Shown here: positions 37,967 through 50,620 of the stretch, in pieces
How positions within the stretch are numbered: the first letter of the stretch is position 1
How the letters are laid out: each line of letters begins with the position of its first letter
From: Amoeboaphelidium protococcarum X5
Taxonomy: Eukaryota; Fungi; Aphelidiomycota
DNA length: 64,000 nt
Direction: 5' to 3'
Assembly: GCA_023515725.1 (NCBI GenBank)
Contig: JALDTO010000237.1
Coordinates: forward strand, 248,001 to 312,000
Notes under the pieces: generated by a model
Told to the model about the DNA's origin: nothing
The model's database searches: none
Seen by the model: the letters and a program-made list of their open reading frames with translations, nothing else
Position numbers and translations under genes: made by a program

Positions 37967-40354
37967 ATGTAAAGTGCTCGATAGTCTGGAACACCTGTTC
38001 AGCAGTAGCCTGCGTATGTTATCAAGACTCCGCCGTTCAAGTTGAGTTAGCATACAGCGGGTAGATAGAGTCAGTCTCAAATATCTCCATGTGACACAGG
38101 ATTGGCAGCTCACACACCGGTATTCAGAAAAAGAAGTTCACTATCCAGATCTAGTCAGAACTGTTCTCCCATTCAATAGTTGCAGAGTTGGCAATAGTCT
38201 CCTTCAGTGCAGTCGCAATTTCAGTACGATTTTGGTTTCAGTCGAGAATCTGTGAATAGTAACACTGGTGATAACAATGTTGGCGGTAATGAAAATTATA
38301 GTTATTACAATGAAAATAGTTAGATAGAAACACCTGCCTTTAATCGCAAGAAGAAGCCAGTGTATACGGTTAAATCCTTTGCTCAGTCTCCAGTCAGGTC
38401 ATTGAATCTGAATAATGTTACTCCTAGCAAGTTGAATGATGGCGATGCTCATAGTCCTCCTCAATGGATGACACCTAAAGTGAAAAAGACCAACAGAGCT
38501 GCAACTGTTCAAGTTGATGATGATCTGGTAAAGCAGTTGAATGCCGTATCCATATCCCCTAGAATCTACCAGTCTCAGGATACGTCTAGACTTTGCATTG
38601 AGGCTGCCATGCGTCGTTTGAGTATGTCTGCTGAACGGCGTCGTCATAATGGCCCCGCATCAGCCAAGAAAGTCCGTGATCCTCTCTTAAATACTCCCAC
38701 TGCTTGGAATAGGGCCAAGGTTGCACGGAAGACCAGTTCTCAAGTGAACGGCAATGATAGATTTGTACCTCAGAGAAATTAAGATGATCAAGCAGCAGCA
38801 TCCTACCTGCTGAATAAGAGCGTAAAGTAGGTGGAGTAAGACATGTCTGTGACTATTCAATTTTCCAATGTGACCAGCGTCAGTAAACAGTCTACTGACC
38901 ACGGTCATACTTTAACGTCCGCTGACCTGACATATCAGTCCGAACTTGCGAAAGCTTGTGGAATGTCCATTGATAAGCGTCTACTGTCCTTCTCAAAGCA
39001 AAAGAAGGCCATGTCTACAAACGAGAAGGATATCCGCGCCAAGTATCTCAATAAGTCTTTGCTTACGTAGAAGAACATTAGTGCCAGACGAAAGATTCCC
39101 ACAGCACCAGAGAAAGTTTTAGATGCACCTGGTATTATTGACGATTACTACTTGAATCTGTTGGATTGGTCTTGCTAGAATGTTGTTGCCATAAGCCTCG
39201 GCCCAACCGTGTACATATGGAATGCCAGTAGCGGTGAGACGAGTGAGTTGTACACCACAGAGGATGAAGAAGATATCTCCTCTGTATCTTGGGCTTCCGA
39301 CGGACTCCACCTCTCCGTTGGTGATTTTAAAGGGATGACTCATTTAATTAATGTTGAAAAATAGAAGCGTGTTCGCATGATGCCTCAGGTTCAGTCTGGT
39401 GCTAGAGGACACCATATCAATAGTGCTGTTGCAGAGTCGATGGCCAAAATTGGTGTTATGCATTGGAATCGCACTCTATTGTCCACAGGCACAGCTGATG
39501 GTAATTTGATTCATCACGATGTCAGACTTCCTCGTTCCATAACTGCTTTGAATAAAGATCATCATGAAGGAGATGTATGCGGTTTGAAGTGGAATATTGA
39601 TGGAACTATGCTAGCCTCTGGTGGAAATGACAATATGCTTCACATTTGGGATGTCCGTAATCTGAACGCATCCAGGCTCACCAAGTAGGAACACTCTGGT
39701 GCTGTGAGAGCCCTTGCCTGGTGTCCATGGCAGTCTGGACTACTCGCCTCTGGTGGTGGAGTGGTTGATAAGAGAATAAATGTTTGGAATATGACCACTG
39801 ATGTAAAGACTGGTGCCATAGATACTGGCGCATAGGTTACCGCGCTGTAGTGGTCAAAAAGTTATAAAGAAATCGTGTCTAGTCATGGTTATAGTGATCA
39901 AGCTGGAGCACCGTAGAACCATTTGACGATATGGAAGTATCCGACGTTCAAGAAGGTTATTGATCTACCGAATGCTCATGACTCGCGCATCTTACACATG
40001 TCACTAAGTCCTGATGGGCAGACGGTGTGCACTGGAGCTGCTGATGAAAATCTAAAGTTTTGGAAACTGTTTGCCTTTGATTCCAAAAGTGTGAAGACCA
40101 AGGGGAAATCCTCCTCGGCTCACACAATTGATGGTCTGATCAAGACATCTGCTACAAGTCCCGATTTTGGTGCTGGTTCTAGTGTGGGTGGGGCCTTATT
40201 AAGATAATAGAGTGATGATGTACCAAAATACCTGCGTTATTAAACAAAATTTGCATTCAATTTATTTTCTCTTTATACTTCTATAGTGTTTATACATGGC
40301 TTAGAAGGCTATTTTTATCAAGTGATGGTGTTTCATCTATCACTTATCAGCTGA
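37967..40354 (+). CDS. CDC20: APC/C activator Cdc20/Fizzy (WD40)
   Basis: C-box [65 protein letters not shown]. The homology-expected end is GGALLR at 40204, but the first TGA is at 40352-40354, so the 3' end is uncertain (see findings). Confidence 0.9.
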
Positions 40355-40402
40355 ATACTTTATAAATTGAAAACTAAATAAAATAATCAGAAATAAATCA
40401 TA

Positions 40403-42931
40403 ATGGATAAAAGTATTAATTCTTAAAGTAATTCTGCTGCGTAGAGTCCAATGAGAGTGACTGGGCGTTAGCGAAGTAGCTCCATGTCAACTTCAGCCTA
40501 GAATCAGGGTGATCGAATGGCTTCAAACAGTGCGACGCCAACAAGTGCAAAAACAACTGATGGCAATTATAGGCGAATGACTTTATTTGAACCCACCGTA
40601 GCAGATGATTAGTCCTTCTTGGGTAAAAACACGAGCATGGATGCCTTGGCTTAGGCGTTTGGTGGTAGTATTGGTAGTAGTAACAGTTACGCTAACAATA
40701 AGAGATCTTCGCGCGCGTTTGATGAAAAAAAGATCAGTAGCATCTCTGCGGTGGTTCAAGGTCCTATGGTAAAGACCGGCGATCAGTATGGCTCTCGCAA
40801 TATATCTCCACTGCCATAGAAAATTTCTACTGATTATGAGCGTGATTTCACACTGCAAGCCAAGTCGTATCATTATTACTCGAGCGATGAGACTGCCATG
40901 TGTTGTTAATGGATCAATGAGAATCTGATGCCGCATCTGGACCCCGATTTGTCGCATTTGTTCACAGATACTTTTTCGGAGCTTCCAACTCACCCACCAG
41001 AGTGTGATGAAGCTTTATTTAAAGCGTGTCAAGATGGCTGGCTGCTGGCGAAGGTTATCAACTTCGTCGTCCCTAATAGCATTGATTTCAAGGCGATGAA
41101 GCGTAATCCAAAATCCAAAGCTCATGTCACCGAGAATATTCAGGTGATGCTGCGTGGTGCAAAGCAGATTGGTGTAAAGATGAACAATATAGGATCTGAG
41201 GACGTGTATAAAGGTGTACCTCATCTGATTCTGGCTCTTACGTGGCAGATTATCAAACTTGGCCTGCTGTCTAAAGTTGACGTAACGGCGAACCCGCTGC
41301 TTAATCAGCTCCTGACAGAGAATGAACGTCAAGGAGATGTCACCAAGATCAATAATGAGACTCTATTGTTAAAGTGGGTGAATTTTCATTTGAATGCTGC
41401 CAGTTGCGATTTGAAGATCTCCAATTTTAATGGTGATTTGAAAGATGGTCAAGTTCTGATGAACCTTCTGCGTCAACTCTCACATGGTCATGAAAATGAG
41501 TAGTTTATTGCAGAGTTGTATTAGACCAACATTAACGCCACCTCTGTACGTGAAAGAGCAGAGTCCGCTCTTTAAATGGCAGATGAGATGGGTGTACGAA
41601 GTCTTATCACGGTTGATGACATTATAAATGGTAACAAGGACCACGCAATTGCCTTTATCGCTCAGCTGCTGAACAAATTTCCCAACCTTGAGGAGTCGAT
41701 GCAAAGTAAAGTGGCTTTTGTATAAAAGCAGAGTGTTGATAATTTACTGGGGTCAGTGAACAACATCAGCAAGTAATAGCCTGTATAAGCGACTCCATCA
41801 GCAGATGATCAATTATTGTAACTCTAAAAGGAAGTCGCTGCATTACGTTAGGAGTTGGATGCGGAGAGAGATAAGAATGCAACACTCTCGATTGATTATG
41901 CTCAGCTTGATGGCGCGTATTAAATGCTGGACCGATAACACTCATCCACAGTCACTGAACTATAGCTTGTAAAAGACCAATTAATATAATCTAACCAGGA
42001 AGTGATGCAAAATAATCAGACGCTGGACAAGGTTCGAGCGGATTATTAACAAGTAACTGCCTAACTTTAAAGTCTAAAGCTACAATCGTCATCCGAGTAG
42101 TCACATACGCTGAAATTGAGGAATGAGGTTGAAATGCTGCAGAATGTTGTGAGCAGAGAGTAGAATGATCGGCAGCAATTGGAATAGACTTTGGAATTAT
42201 AACGGCAAGAGCGCGCCAAAGATTCCGATCTCATCCGTAAGTTGTAAATCCAGATATCAGGCATTTCATCCTCAAGTGGTGGAGAGAAGCTGCTTTTGGA
42301 GAGGATAAAGTTGTCCCTGATTAACTTTAAATCGGTGGAGTCTTATGAAGATTTGCCTGATGTCACATCTCTGGCTTGTTCACAATTAAGCAACACCATG
42401 ATTGAGTTGACGGCACTGAAAGAGTCATTTGCCAAGGTTTTGAATGAAAAGTAAAAGTTGGCTGAGCAGGATATTCCTAATCTAACGCGTAATCTTAAGC
42501 AGTCTGAGGATCGTGTTAGTCAGATTTAGGATTAGCGGGATGTTGAGGTGAAAGAGATGTAAAAGCTGGTGTAAAAAGCTGAACAAGATTGTATGAGTAA
42601 AGCTTAATAACTTAGTTTACTTCAAGGAGAAGTGTAAAGGACGTCAAAAGAATTAGCTAAGGCTGAGGAGCGTCTTTAAGACATTCTGGAGTAATCTAGA
42701 CAATCTGGTCCTGAAATGGAGCAGAGGATGACGGAGCTTAAGCGTCAACTGTAAGAGAAGACTGTAGAAGCTGAAAAATGGCAACAGACATGTCGCGCCA
42801 TTAGCAAAGACTAAGTTGAAAGCAGCCAATAGTCAGTGTACAAGTACCAGCAGTATAACTTGAATGGTAAGATTTAAGAGATTCTTTGTCGCGTAAAACG
42901 TCTCAATGATGAAGTTGTCCAATGCAAATGA
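40403..42931 (+). CDS. Fimbrin/plastin-type actin-binding domain (CH1-CH2) fused to a long coiled coil (~842 aa)
   Basis: HYYSSDE..CQWINENL, LFKACQDGWLLAKVIN, NIGSEDVYKGVPHLILALTWQIIK, LLLKWVNFHL, NFNGDLKDG, AFIAQLLNKFPNL. After ~41700 the sequence is heptad-rich and Q/E/K/L-rich until TGA 42929-42931. Confidence 0.85.
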
Positions 42932-43008
42932 TTAAATCCAGCAAAAAAAAATAGCAATAGAGTAGTTACAACTTGCAAAGCCATTTATTCAATTTCTCAA
43001 ATCACATT

Positions 43009-44650
43009 TCATAAAATTATACATTTGTTGCGAACCTTTTCAAGTTCTTTTTGGTCGACTTACTCACGTTCTACAAAGCAGTCCCATTTGCTCTTGATAC
43101 AGAATGGGATAAGATTGAGCGTAGTGTTATCTTTAATATTTTCTTTATCAACCAGTGTAATATCAGAAGTGGCAGAATTCACTCGGTATCTTATCAACGT
43201 GTCATCAGACATGGATTAGACCAAGAACTTTGAACTGCACTAGGTACTATTCAATATCAACTCGGAAATCAAACATCCGTCACTCTCATCATCATAGATT
43301 AATCTGCCTCTGTAACGATTGACACTATTTACAACAGCACTGATTAAATTGGCTGACAAGTCGACAATATCAGTTAGATCGATAGATTACAGTAACGGAG
43401 GGATTACAAGATCTTGCTACGTGTATTACTTTTACGCAGATTCAGCAGTGTACTAAAGTATTGAAACTAAAAGAACGTTAGTAATAGATTGACAGTTATT
43501 CAACTCCAAAGAGCGCAACTTCCGACACGACTTTAACAAGCAGATCACCCCTTAATTCGATACTTGAGCGCACGAAGATAAACATAACGTCTCAAGTGAC
43601 TTACAATAACCAAGATATCTAATATCCTTCAGCAAATAATCCGTAACATTATTATCTTCTAAATCTAGATTCTGTAAATTGTGCATTTAGCTCGTAATTG
43701 TTATAACATGTTCATCGTTCAAATCATTATCGGCCAAACACAAAGTCTTGACTTCACTAAGAGCTGCCAAATATTTCAATTGTTCAACTTTAACAGAGAG
43801 CTAGCAATTATTAAGATAAACACAAGAGAGATTAGAGCAACTGCTTATAAGTGACAAATTCATAGTTGGGCATCCATTTGCACTTAGACAAGTCAAACGC
43901 GAAGTTATCAATGGTGTTTACATGCCTCCCAATATGTCACACTCATCCATTTTTAAAGTCCTCAAGTACTGATGCTTGCTAATTAAATCAATTATCGACG
44001 TGGTCAGAATATTTCCAGATATGTCTAGATATTGCAGAGTACCGTCGCAAGAGCTTAGAAAATACCGCAGCAGACTGATATCGCGAATGTATCCAAGATC
44101 AAGCCGGCTTAATCTATGGTTCCATGTGGTAATGATTTAATTGTACCGCATCATCTGCAACTCTTTAGACAGCTCTTTACATCCTCGCAAATTTAACCAT
44201 CTTATATTAGGACAAAATTCACACAGATTAAATATAGTGGAAATTCTCACAGCAGAAGAGCCCCTACATTTATCTCACGGCGTTGTTTCAGTCAAACTCG
44301 TTTCGGAACTGGTGATGATTAAACGACACACTTACCTGAAATCGGCTCTGATTAAACACTCAGTAGACTTGAGAATTAATCGATGTAATTGTTGATATTT
44401 CAATTTTTTGAGAAGGCACTCTTGATATAGATAAAACTCATTCCAAGCGGCTCCGTCCTAAAGCAATTCATAGAACTATTTGTTGATCTACACACGAAAT
44501 AGTGATGAGCTTTAGGAGTGTTAAGACTATTTAAACTTATTATTAATTTCCTACCGTTCCAAGAGTGAGTTTCTTTCTGATATCACAATACTACAGTATG
44601 CGTAATTAAACCTCTCTCGGCAATGACATCCACCCCACAGAGTCCATCAT
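43009..44650 (-). CDS. F-box/LRR protein with C-terminal CaaX box (FBXL2/20-like)
   Basis: F-box LPREVQLRILQYCD...INKQFYELLQDGAAW; LRRs (CPNIRWLNLRGCKELS, CRKLRSLELNNCQSITN); ends CIIL-TGA. Introns 44488-44554 and 44264-44335, the latter carrying an in-frame TGA. Confidence 0.85.
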
Positions 44651-44940
44651 AATTGCTGATTTGATGTGATTGATCAAGAGAAGGAGTAACAATTAGTGAA
44701 GATGACAATCGCAGTGACGAAACGCGCCACGTGATCGATCGCATTGCGAAAAATTTGAATTTCTGTTCTGACTGGAGCTAATTGGAGGAAATGGCCGCCG
44801 TATAATCGATGAAGTTGCGTTGCCGAAATTGTTTCAGAAACGTCCAAATTCTGTTTCATCTCTGCGCAATCGTTCATCCATAGTGTAACATTGAGTGATA
44901 TTCTGGTTCTGACATCCTTTTAACCAGCTCATTGGAAACT

Positions 44941-47473
44941 ATGACTTCTGAATGCTATTATTATCAAGTGTTGTGGTAGGTATTTAGTCCGTATGAGTAC
45001 CTACGAGAAGAATAATTGATATTTGTGTAGGAGAAAGTTTACTAAAAAGAAGAACAAGACGTTTGATTTTGATGGAGTTCTGGTACAAGATGGGATTTAA
45101 TGCAAACTCTATGATGAATCTGGTGGCTAAATTGCCATGAACAGAGTTTCTAGTGTTGGCAAGTTTTCTGATGGCTGTCCTATCACCATGAACGGTAAGG
45201 AGATTGAAGTTTAGAATGAGATTCCTGCTATAGATTACCTGACTGGGAAATGCTTCGTCGGTGCAGCGAGAGCCGTTGAAAACAACGCGTCTGAAGTCAA
45301 TAAACCGCGTTTCAAACCATTCGTTAACTCTAAATTTGTAAAGCTTTAGTCAGTTCAGCCATCAAAAGATAATGAAACAACGTCTGCAAAGTAATAGCCA
45401 GTAAGACCGCGTCATGATCCATCCGCTGAAGGAGCAGTGGTTCTTGCTAGACCACCTGCATAATCCTGTAATGGTAAGTACTAAATTGTGGATGTCGTTA
45501 TTGATCCCGTCCTCTCCAGGAATCTACGTGATTACCAAAAGTAAGGTGTGAGATTCATGTATGAATGTGTAATGGGAATGAGATAAGGCGTGACTGGTGC
45601 AATCCTAGCTGATGAGATGGGGCTTGGTAAAACGTTGTAGACTATTTGTCTTGTTTGGACTTTACTGAAGTAAACACCATTTTATGGATAGTCGTCGATT
45701 GCTAAGCGTGTTCTCATAGTATGTCCAGCCACTTTAGTGAAGAATTGGCAGAAGGAGTTCAAAAAGTGGCTTGGAGATGAGAGGATTAAAGTCTTTGTCG
45801 CCGATGGAGGAAGTTAATAGTCGACTAAAGCTGAAGACTTGGTGAAGGATTTCGTAATCGGAGAGAGAATTTATCCCATAATGATTACGAGTTATGAAAA
45901 GCTACGCTCTATTGGTCAATATCTGGATAAGAAAGTTCAATTCGATCTCATCGTTGCAGATGAAGCGTCCAGACTGAAATCTGTTAGTATCTAGACTACC
46001 AAGTCTTTATTGTCGCTGAAATGTAAGCGGAAAGTTCTACTAACAGGCACACCAATTCAGAATGATCTGACCGAGTTTTATAACATGTGTGACATTGTAC
46101 ATCCCAATTGTTTTGGTAGTGTGAAGACATTTAAATCAGTGTATCAGGATGTGATTATGCGTGGAAGACTTAAGGCTGCCTCGAAAGAAGATCGGGACTT
46201 GGGATAGGCTCGATCAGAGGAATTGTCTAATTTGACCAGCTAGTTCATTCTGCGACGCACCGCTGAAGTTAATGCTGATAATCTGCCTCCTAAAATTGAG
46301 ACTATTGTCTTTTGTAAAATGTCTCAGTTGCAGATTAGCTTGTACGAGAGAATAATTAAGCAAGTGTAAAGCAAATTCCAGAAATTCTGCCAAGATGGTC
46401 ATCACCTTAATGCCATTAATTTGATGAAACAGATATCTAATTCTCCAGAGATAGCGTACAATTTGGCCATGAATAATTCAATAGCCGAGAATGTCGATCT
46501 TAAAGATTATGAAGAGTCAACATTTGGTCGGGCTATAATTGGTGAAGTACAATCTAACATATAGCTGGCCACTAAGTCTGGAGTCTGCAGGACTAATGAT
46601 TGTGTGTAGTTTACCTCAGATTGCTCGGGTAAGCTTAATGTACTGAAGAAGTTACTCTAAAGTATCTGGCAAATGTAAAATGAAGCTAAAGTTGTCATTG
46701 TGTCTCATTACACATAAACTTTGGATGTGATATAATCATTAGTCCAGTCTATGAGTGTTGATTTTTTCAGGCTCGATGGTAGTACTAACGTGAGCAAGCG
46801 TATGAATTTTGTCGACCGCTTCAATGATATTGATTGTAAGGTGAAATTATTTCTATTATCAGCGAAATCTGGCGGTTTTGGTTTGAATCTTGTGGGTGCA
46901 TCTCGACTGGTGATGTTCGATTGTGACTGGAATCCAACCATTGATGCGCAGGCAATGGCAAGAGTTTGGAGATCTGGCTAGAAAGCGCCGTGTGTGTACA
47001 TTTATCGACTCCTTAGCACTGGTAGCATTGATGAAAAGATCTTTCAACGTGGTGTCTGGAAAGATGGTCTCAGCAACTAGATCATGAATAACGACACGCA
47101 ATAAGGTCAGTCTGCTGATCATTTCAGCACCGAGGATTTAAGGCGAATCTTTCGTTTTAATGGAAAATCTTCCTGTGGAACTCATGACTTGATGCAATGT
47201 CATTGTCAAAGTGGTGATCGCAGTATTGAACCTCCGCAGAAAAAGGCCAAAGTATCAACTGATGAGAAGAAGCTGTATGCTAATCAGGTACATGCCACTC
47301 CATCTCAAGTTCTGAATATGGAGCAAGATGTTGTTGATCAAGCGCTACTGAACATGATCAAAGACTCTCCCGATGGTTGCAAGGACATTACTTTTCTAAT
47401 GCTACGCTACGAAAATCACAGCAAGAATTAAGCCAACCGTAACGACAACGACAATTAAGATGATAAAGAATGA
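44941..47473 (+). CDS. RAD54B: Rad54B/Rdh54 SNF2-family DNA translocase
   Basis: W|RKFTKKKNKTFDFDG N-terminus, ILADEMGLGKTL-Q(TAG), LLTGTPIQNDL, RLDGST, GLNLVGASRLVMFDCDWNP, QAMARVWRSG-Q(TAG). Intron 44976-45030. Confidence 0.9.
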
Positions 47474-47661
47474 TACCATAATAGTCTCAATAGCGTGAAT
47501 AACATTGATCCCATTTAAACTTGTACCACTCTGAAAAAGTTTTATAGTTCAGGAGCCAATCAGAACGGCCATTTCGTTCAAACAAGAAATTAAAGCGACA
47601 AGTTTCTTCTTTTAGTGTCTCTATCTATCTTTTACAACAAAACTAGTAATTATTAATAAAG

Positions 47662-49674
47662 ATGTAGATTTCTAGTAGTGCAGATAATAATAATAATGAG
47701 TAATCGGAGGATAATGTGTGTATGTGGATGATTGACTCTGAGAATGGATAATTTTTGTCTTGTGGCATGCAGTTTGATGCGGCAGTGGATCTATTCAATC
47801 ACATTAATAATGACCACATTGGGCGACGTGCTGGTGGTAATCTCTGTCTGCAATGTTTTTGGTTATAGCCATCAGGTATTACTACGATGAATTAGATGCA
47901 TAATAATCATTTAGAGGATTAATAGTAGTAGAAAACAGAGTTGCATCTGTCTCCATGTGGACACTCTGTCGAGAAGAGAGATCACATTGTCAGCCATATC
48001 CGCGTCCATGTTGTCAATTATAAACCGTATGAATGTCCAATATGTGCAAAGAGATTCAGTCGAAGTTAGGATTGTAAGAAGCATGAGAAGACGCATAATA
48101 GTGGTAAAGGAGCTAACAGCGGGAAGCCATCCGTTGCAGGATATCAGAATCCTCCTCATCCTCCTACTTAGTCTCCATCTGCCGAGGTGTAAATGCATCA
48201 GTCTCCTGTCTATATATAAAGGAAGCGATAATCTGATTTTTAGTTAACATAGCAGCAGCAGCAATAGTAGTTGTCACAATATCTTCCAGAGCGAAGGGAT
48301 TTGGGCAATGTAATGTAGTAGTTCCTTGGTTCGATTAAACGATAGCGGATACAGCCTCGGTATGACTCTGAAGTTAGATAGACTCTGAATAAGATTGTAG
48401 AGTATCAAGTGGCCAACTCTGCACCTGATTTTAATTTTATGCTCGTTGATGGCATTCCCACCATTCAGGAGTAGAATCTGTAGAATGGCACAAATCCTGA
48501 AGTTACTGATGCGGTAGTTCCCCCTCAGAATATCCGTACTTAGAATCAATAATAATTCCATGATTCACAATAATAATAAGTACATTCAGATGCAGATTTG
48601 GATGTTGTGGATGAAATTGCAGATGAGATGGATAAGGATGTACTGCACAAGTTTCTGGCAGATTTGTATCAAGATTTGAGTATCGATTAAGATGTATAAA
48701 GTCCTTTGGTAGATGACATGAATGTTGAAGTGGATAGTGGTCAGTAGTAGTCCCTAGTAGATTAGCAGTAGCCGCAGCTATAGCCTTCGTAGCCACTATC
48801 AATCAATACTGTGATTTAAAAGTTGCAGGAAAATCCTGATTAAAGCTAAGATCCTGATAGTCCGTCGTTTGTCACAGCGCTTGATGATGAGCTGTATGCT
48901 GATTAATAGTTGAGAATGTTCGAGTAGTAGACTGTTAATAGACAAGAGTCACTTGAAGTTTTTATGCGCGATGTAGATCAGGCGGTATAGTAGTCGGGAG
49001 TGCCTGCAGTCGGTAGAGATACACCAGACAAGAAAGTTAAGCCATTACCTCGTAGCTCCAAGGGAAGATATCCACGCAATTCTCCTCTGCCTTTTGATTA
49101 GTTTACGCCGTCTTCTGCATAATAAGATGCCTAATAGCCGCGACCCAAGATGGTTGATGTTATCAAGAACACTGTGGAAGTCTCGGTATCTGATCCATCT
49201 GCTATTATACATAAACAGGTGTAGTTTTCTCCTTCGCGATAACAATAATAATATTCTAAGAAGTAGTAGTAGCAGCCTCAACAGAATAGTGTAAAGCCCT
49301 CGATAAGTCGCAACATGTCTAAACTCCCCGCAGACTAGACATTCTCTACTGCATTCAAGGGAGCAGAGTTTAATCCTCTCAAGCCGCAGTCATCCGCCAT
49401 TGCAATACTCAAATCTCAGTTGCATAAGTCCGCCACTCTCGGTGGTAATAAGAAGTTTGGAGCTAGTAAGTCTCTCCCTGCCCATGCATCGTCATTATCA
49501 TCAGCTGGCTAATAAAGTTTGAGCAGTCCATCAGATAATCAATAATCAATAGGCAATGTAGATGATGGTGGCGGACCGCGCACTATTGAGCTTGATTTTG
49601 GCGTCATGAAGAAGGTCCATCTGCGGATCATTGAAGGTCTTTTGGTGTCATTGAGTTCAAGCAACAAGAAATGA
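47662..49674 (+). CDS. pacC: PacC/Rim101-like C2H2 zinc-finger transcription factor (~670 aa)
   Basis: LFNHINNDHIGRRAGGNLCLQCFW, KRDHIVSHIRVH, KPYECPICAKRFSRS-Q(TAG)-DCKKHEKTH. No in-frame TGA until 49672-49674. Completely missed by the ORF track. Confidence 0.88.
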
Positions 49675-49766
49675 AATAATTTAGAAATCAAGTAAATATT
49701 ATGATCTACAGCGTCTATCTATAACATTTATTCATGAAATACAACTTATCCAGTCTATCCTTAATG

Positions 49767-50480
49767 TCAAGACGATTATCTCTTCATTTTTCGCGCATAT
49801 TTGGCAGCCGCGGCAGCTCCTTGTTTAAATAAAGAGAATCCAGGCCATTAATAGGAACTCTTATTAGAACTAATCAGACGACTGTATGAGTACATTACGA
49901 ATGAAAGTAGACAAATTGTGACAGTGATCGCTAAGCCGGTATTAAGTCTGTGCATCAGCCATACTTTCCTCCTCCTCTACTGCTCTTCTTTAGAGCCCTT
50001 GTCCCATCGCTGCCTATGAGGACGGGTATTTCTATCTGATGACACCACTTTGGCGTTGCTATCTTATGATGACACAGCCTTATCGTCACTCTCTAACGCT
50101 TCCTGTTCCAATCTATCAAGTCTCTCTTCGTGAGCTTTCAATTCAGCATGTCGCAGATACTTTGCAAGCGCGTATACATTTAATCGACCATCGTCGGTGG
50201 TAGTTGATGCCTAAACTATGTGATGATCATTATTATTGTTATTATTATTATTATAATCTCCATAATCTGATCTACTGCGACCATTATAACGCGCCGATCC
50301 ACCTCTACCGCGACCGCGCTAATGATATCTACCACCTCCTCTCCCACGCCTGCCACTCTATCCACCCGTATGATGATTATTATTACTATAACTCTTCTGT
50401 TTCTTTTTCATAGCTCTCAAATTCTTCTTCCAATGCTAATTCAGATCCATATCCACACTCTCATTTCTACCAATAGTCAT
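49767..50480 (-). CDS. Orphan protein with RGG-rich and poly-Asn N-terminus and a near-C-terminal TM helix (237 aa)
   Basis: GRRGRGGGRYHQRGRGRGGSARY, an Asn run, a charged helix, TM LAITVTICLLSFVMYSY and a basic tail. Open ATG to TGA with TAR=Gln. Confidence 0.7.
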
Positions 50481-50620
50481 AATTTCTATCGATTTTCTCT
50501 TTTGGTTCTTTGCGACAAAACAATGTCTCGCTGATTTGATTTTGCTTCTTTATTACTACTATTTACGAGATTCTCTTCATATTATTATCTTTATCAATTT
50601 ATAATATAAACTTGGTAGCA

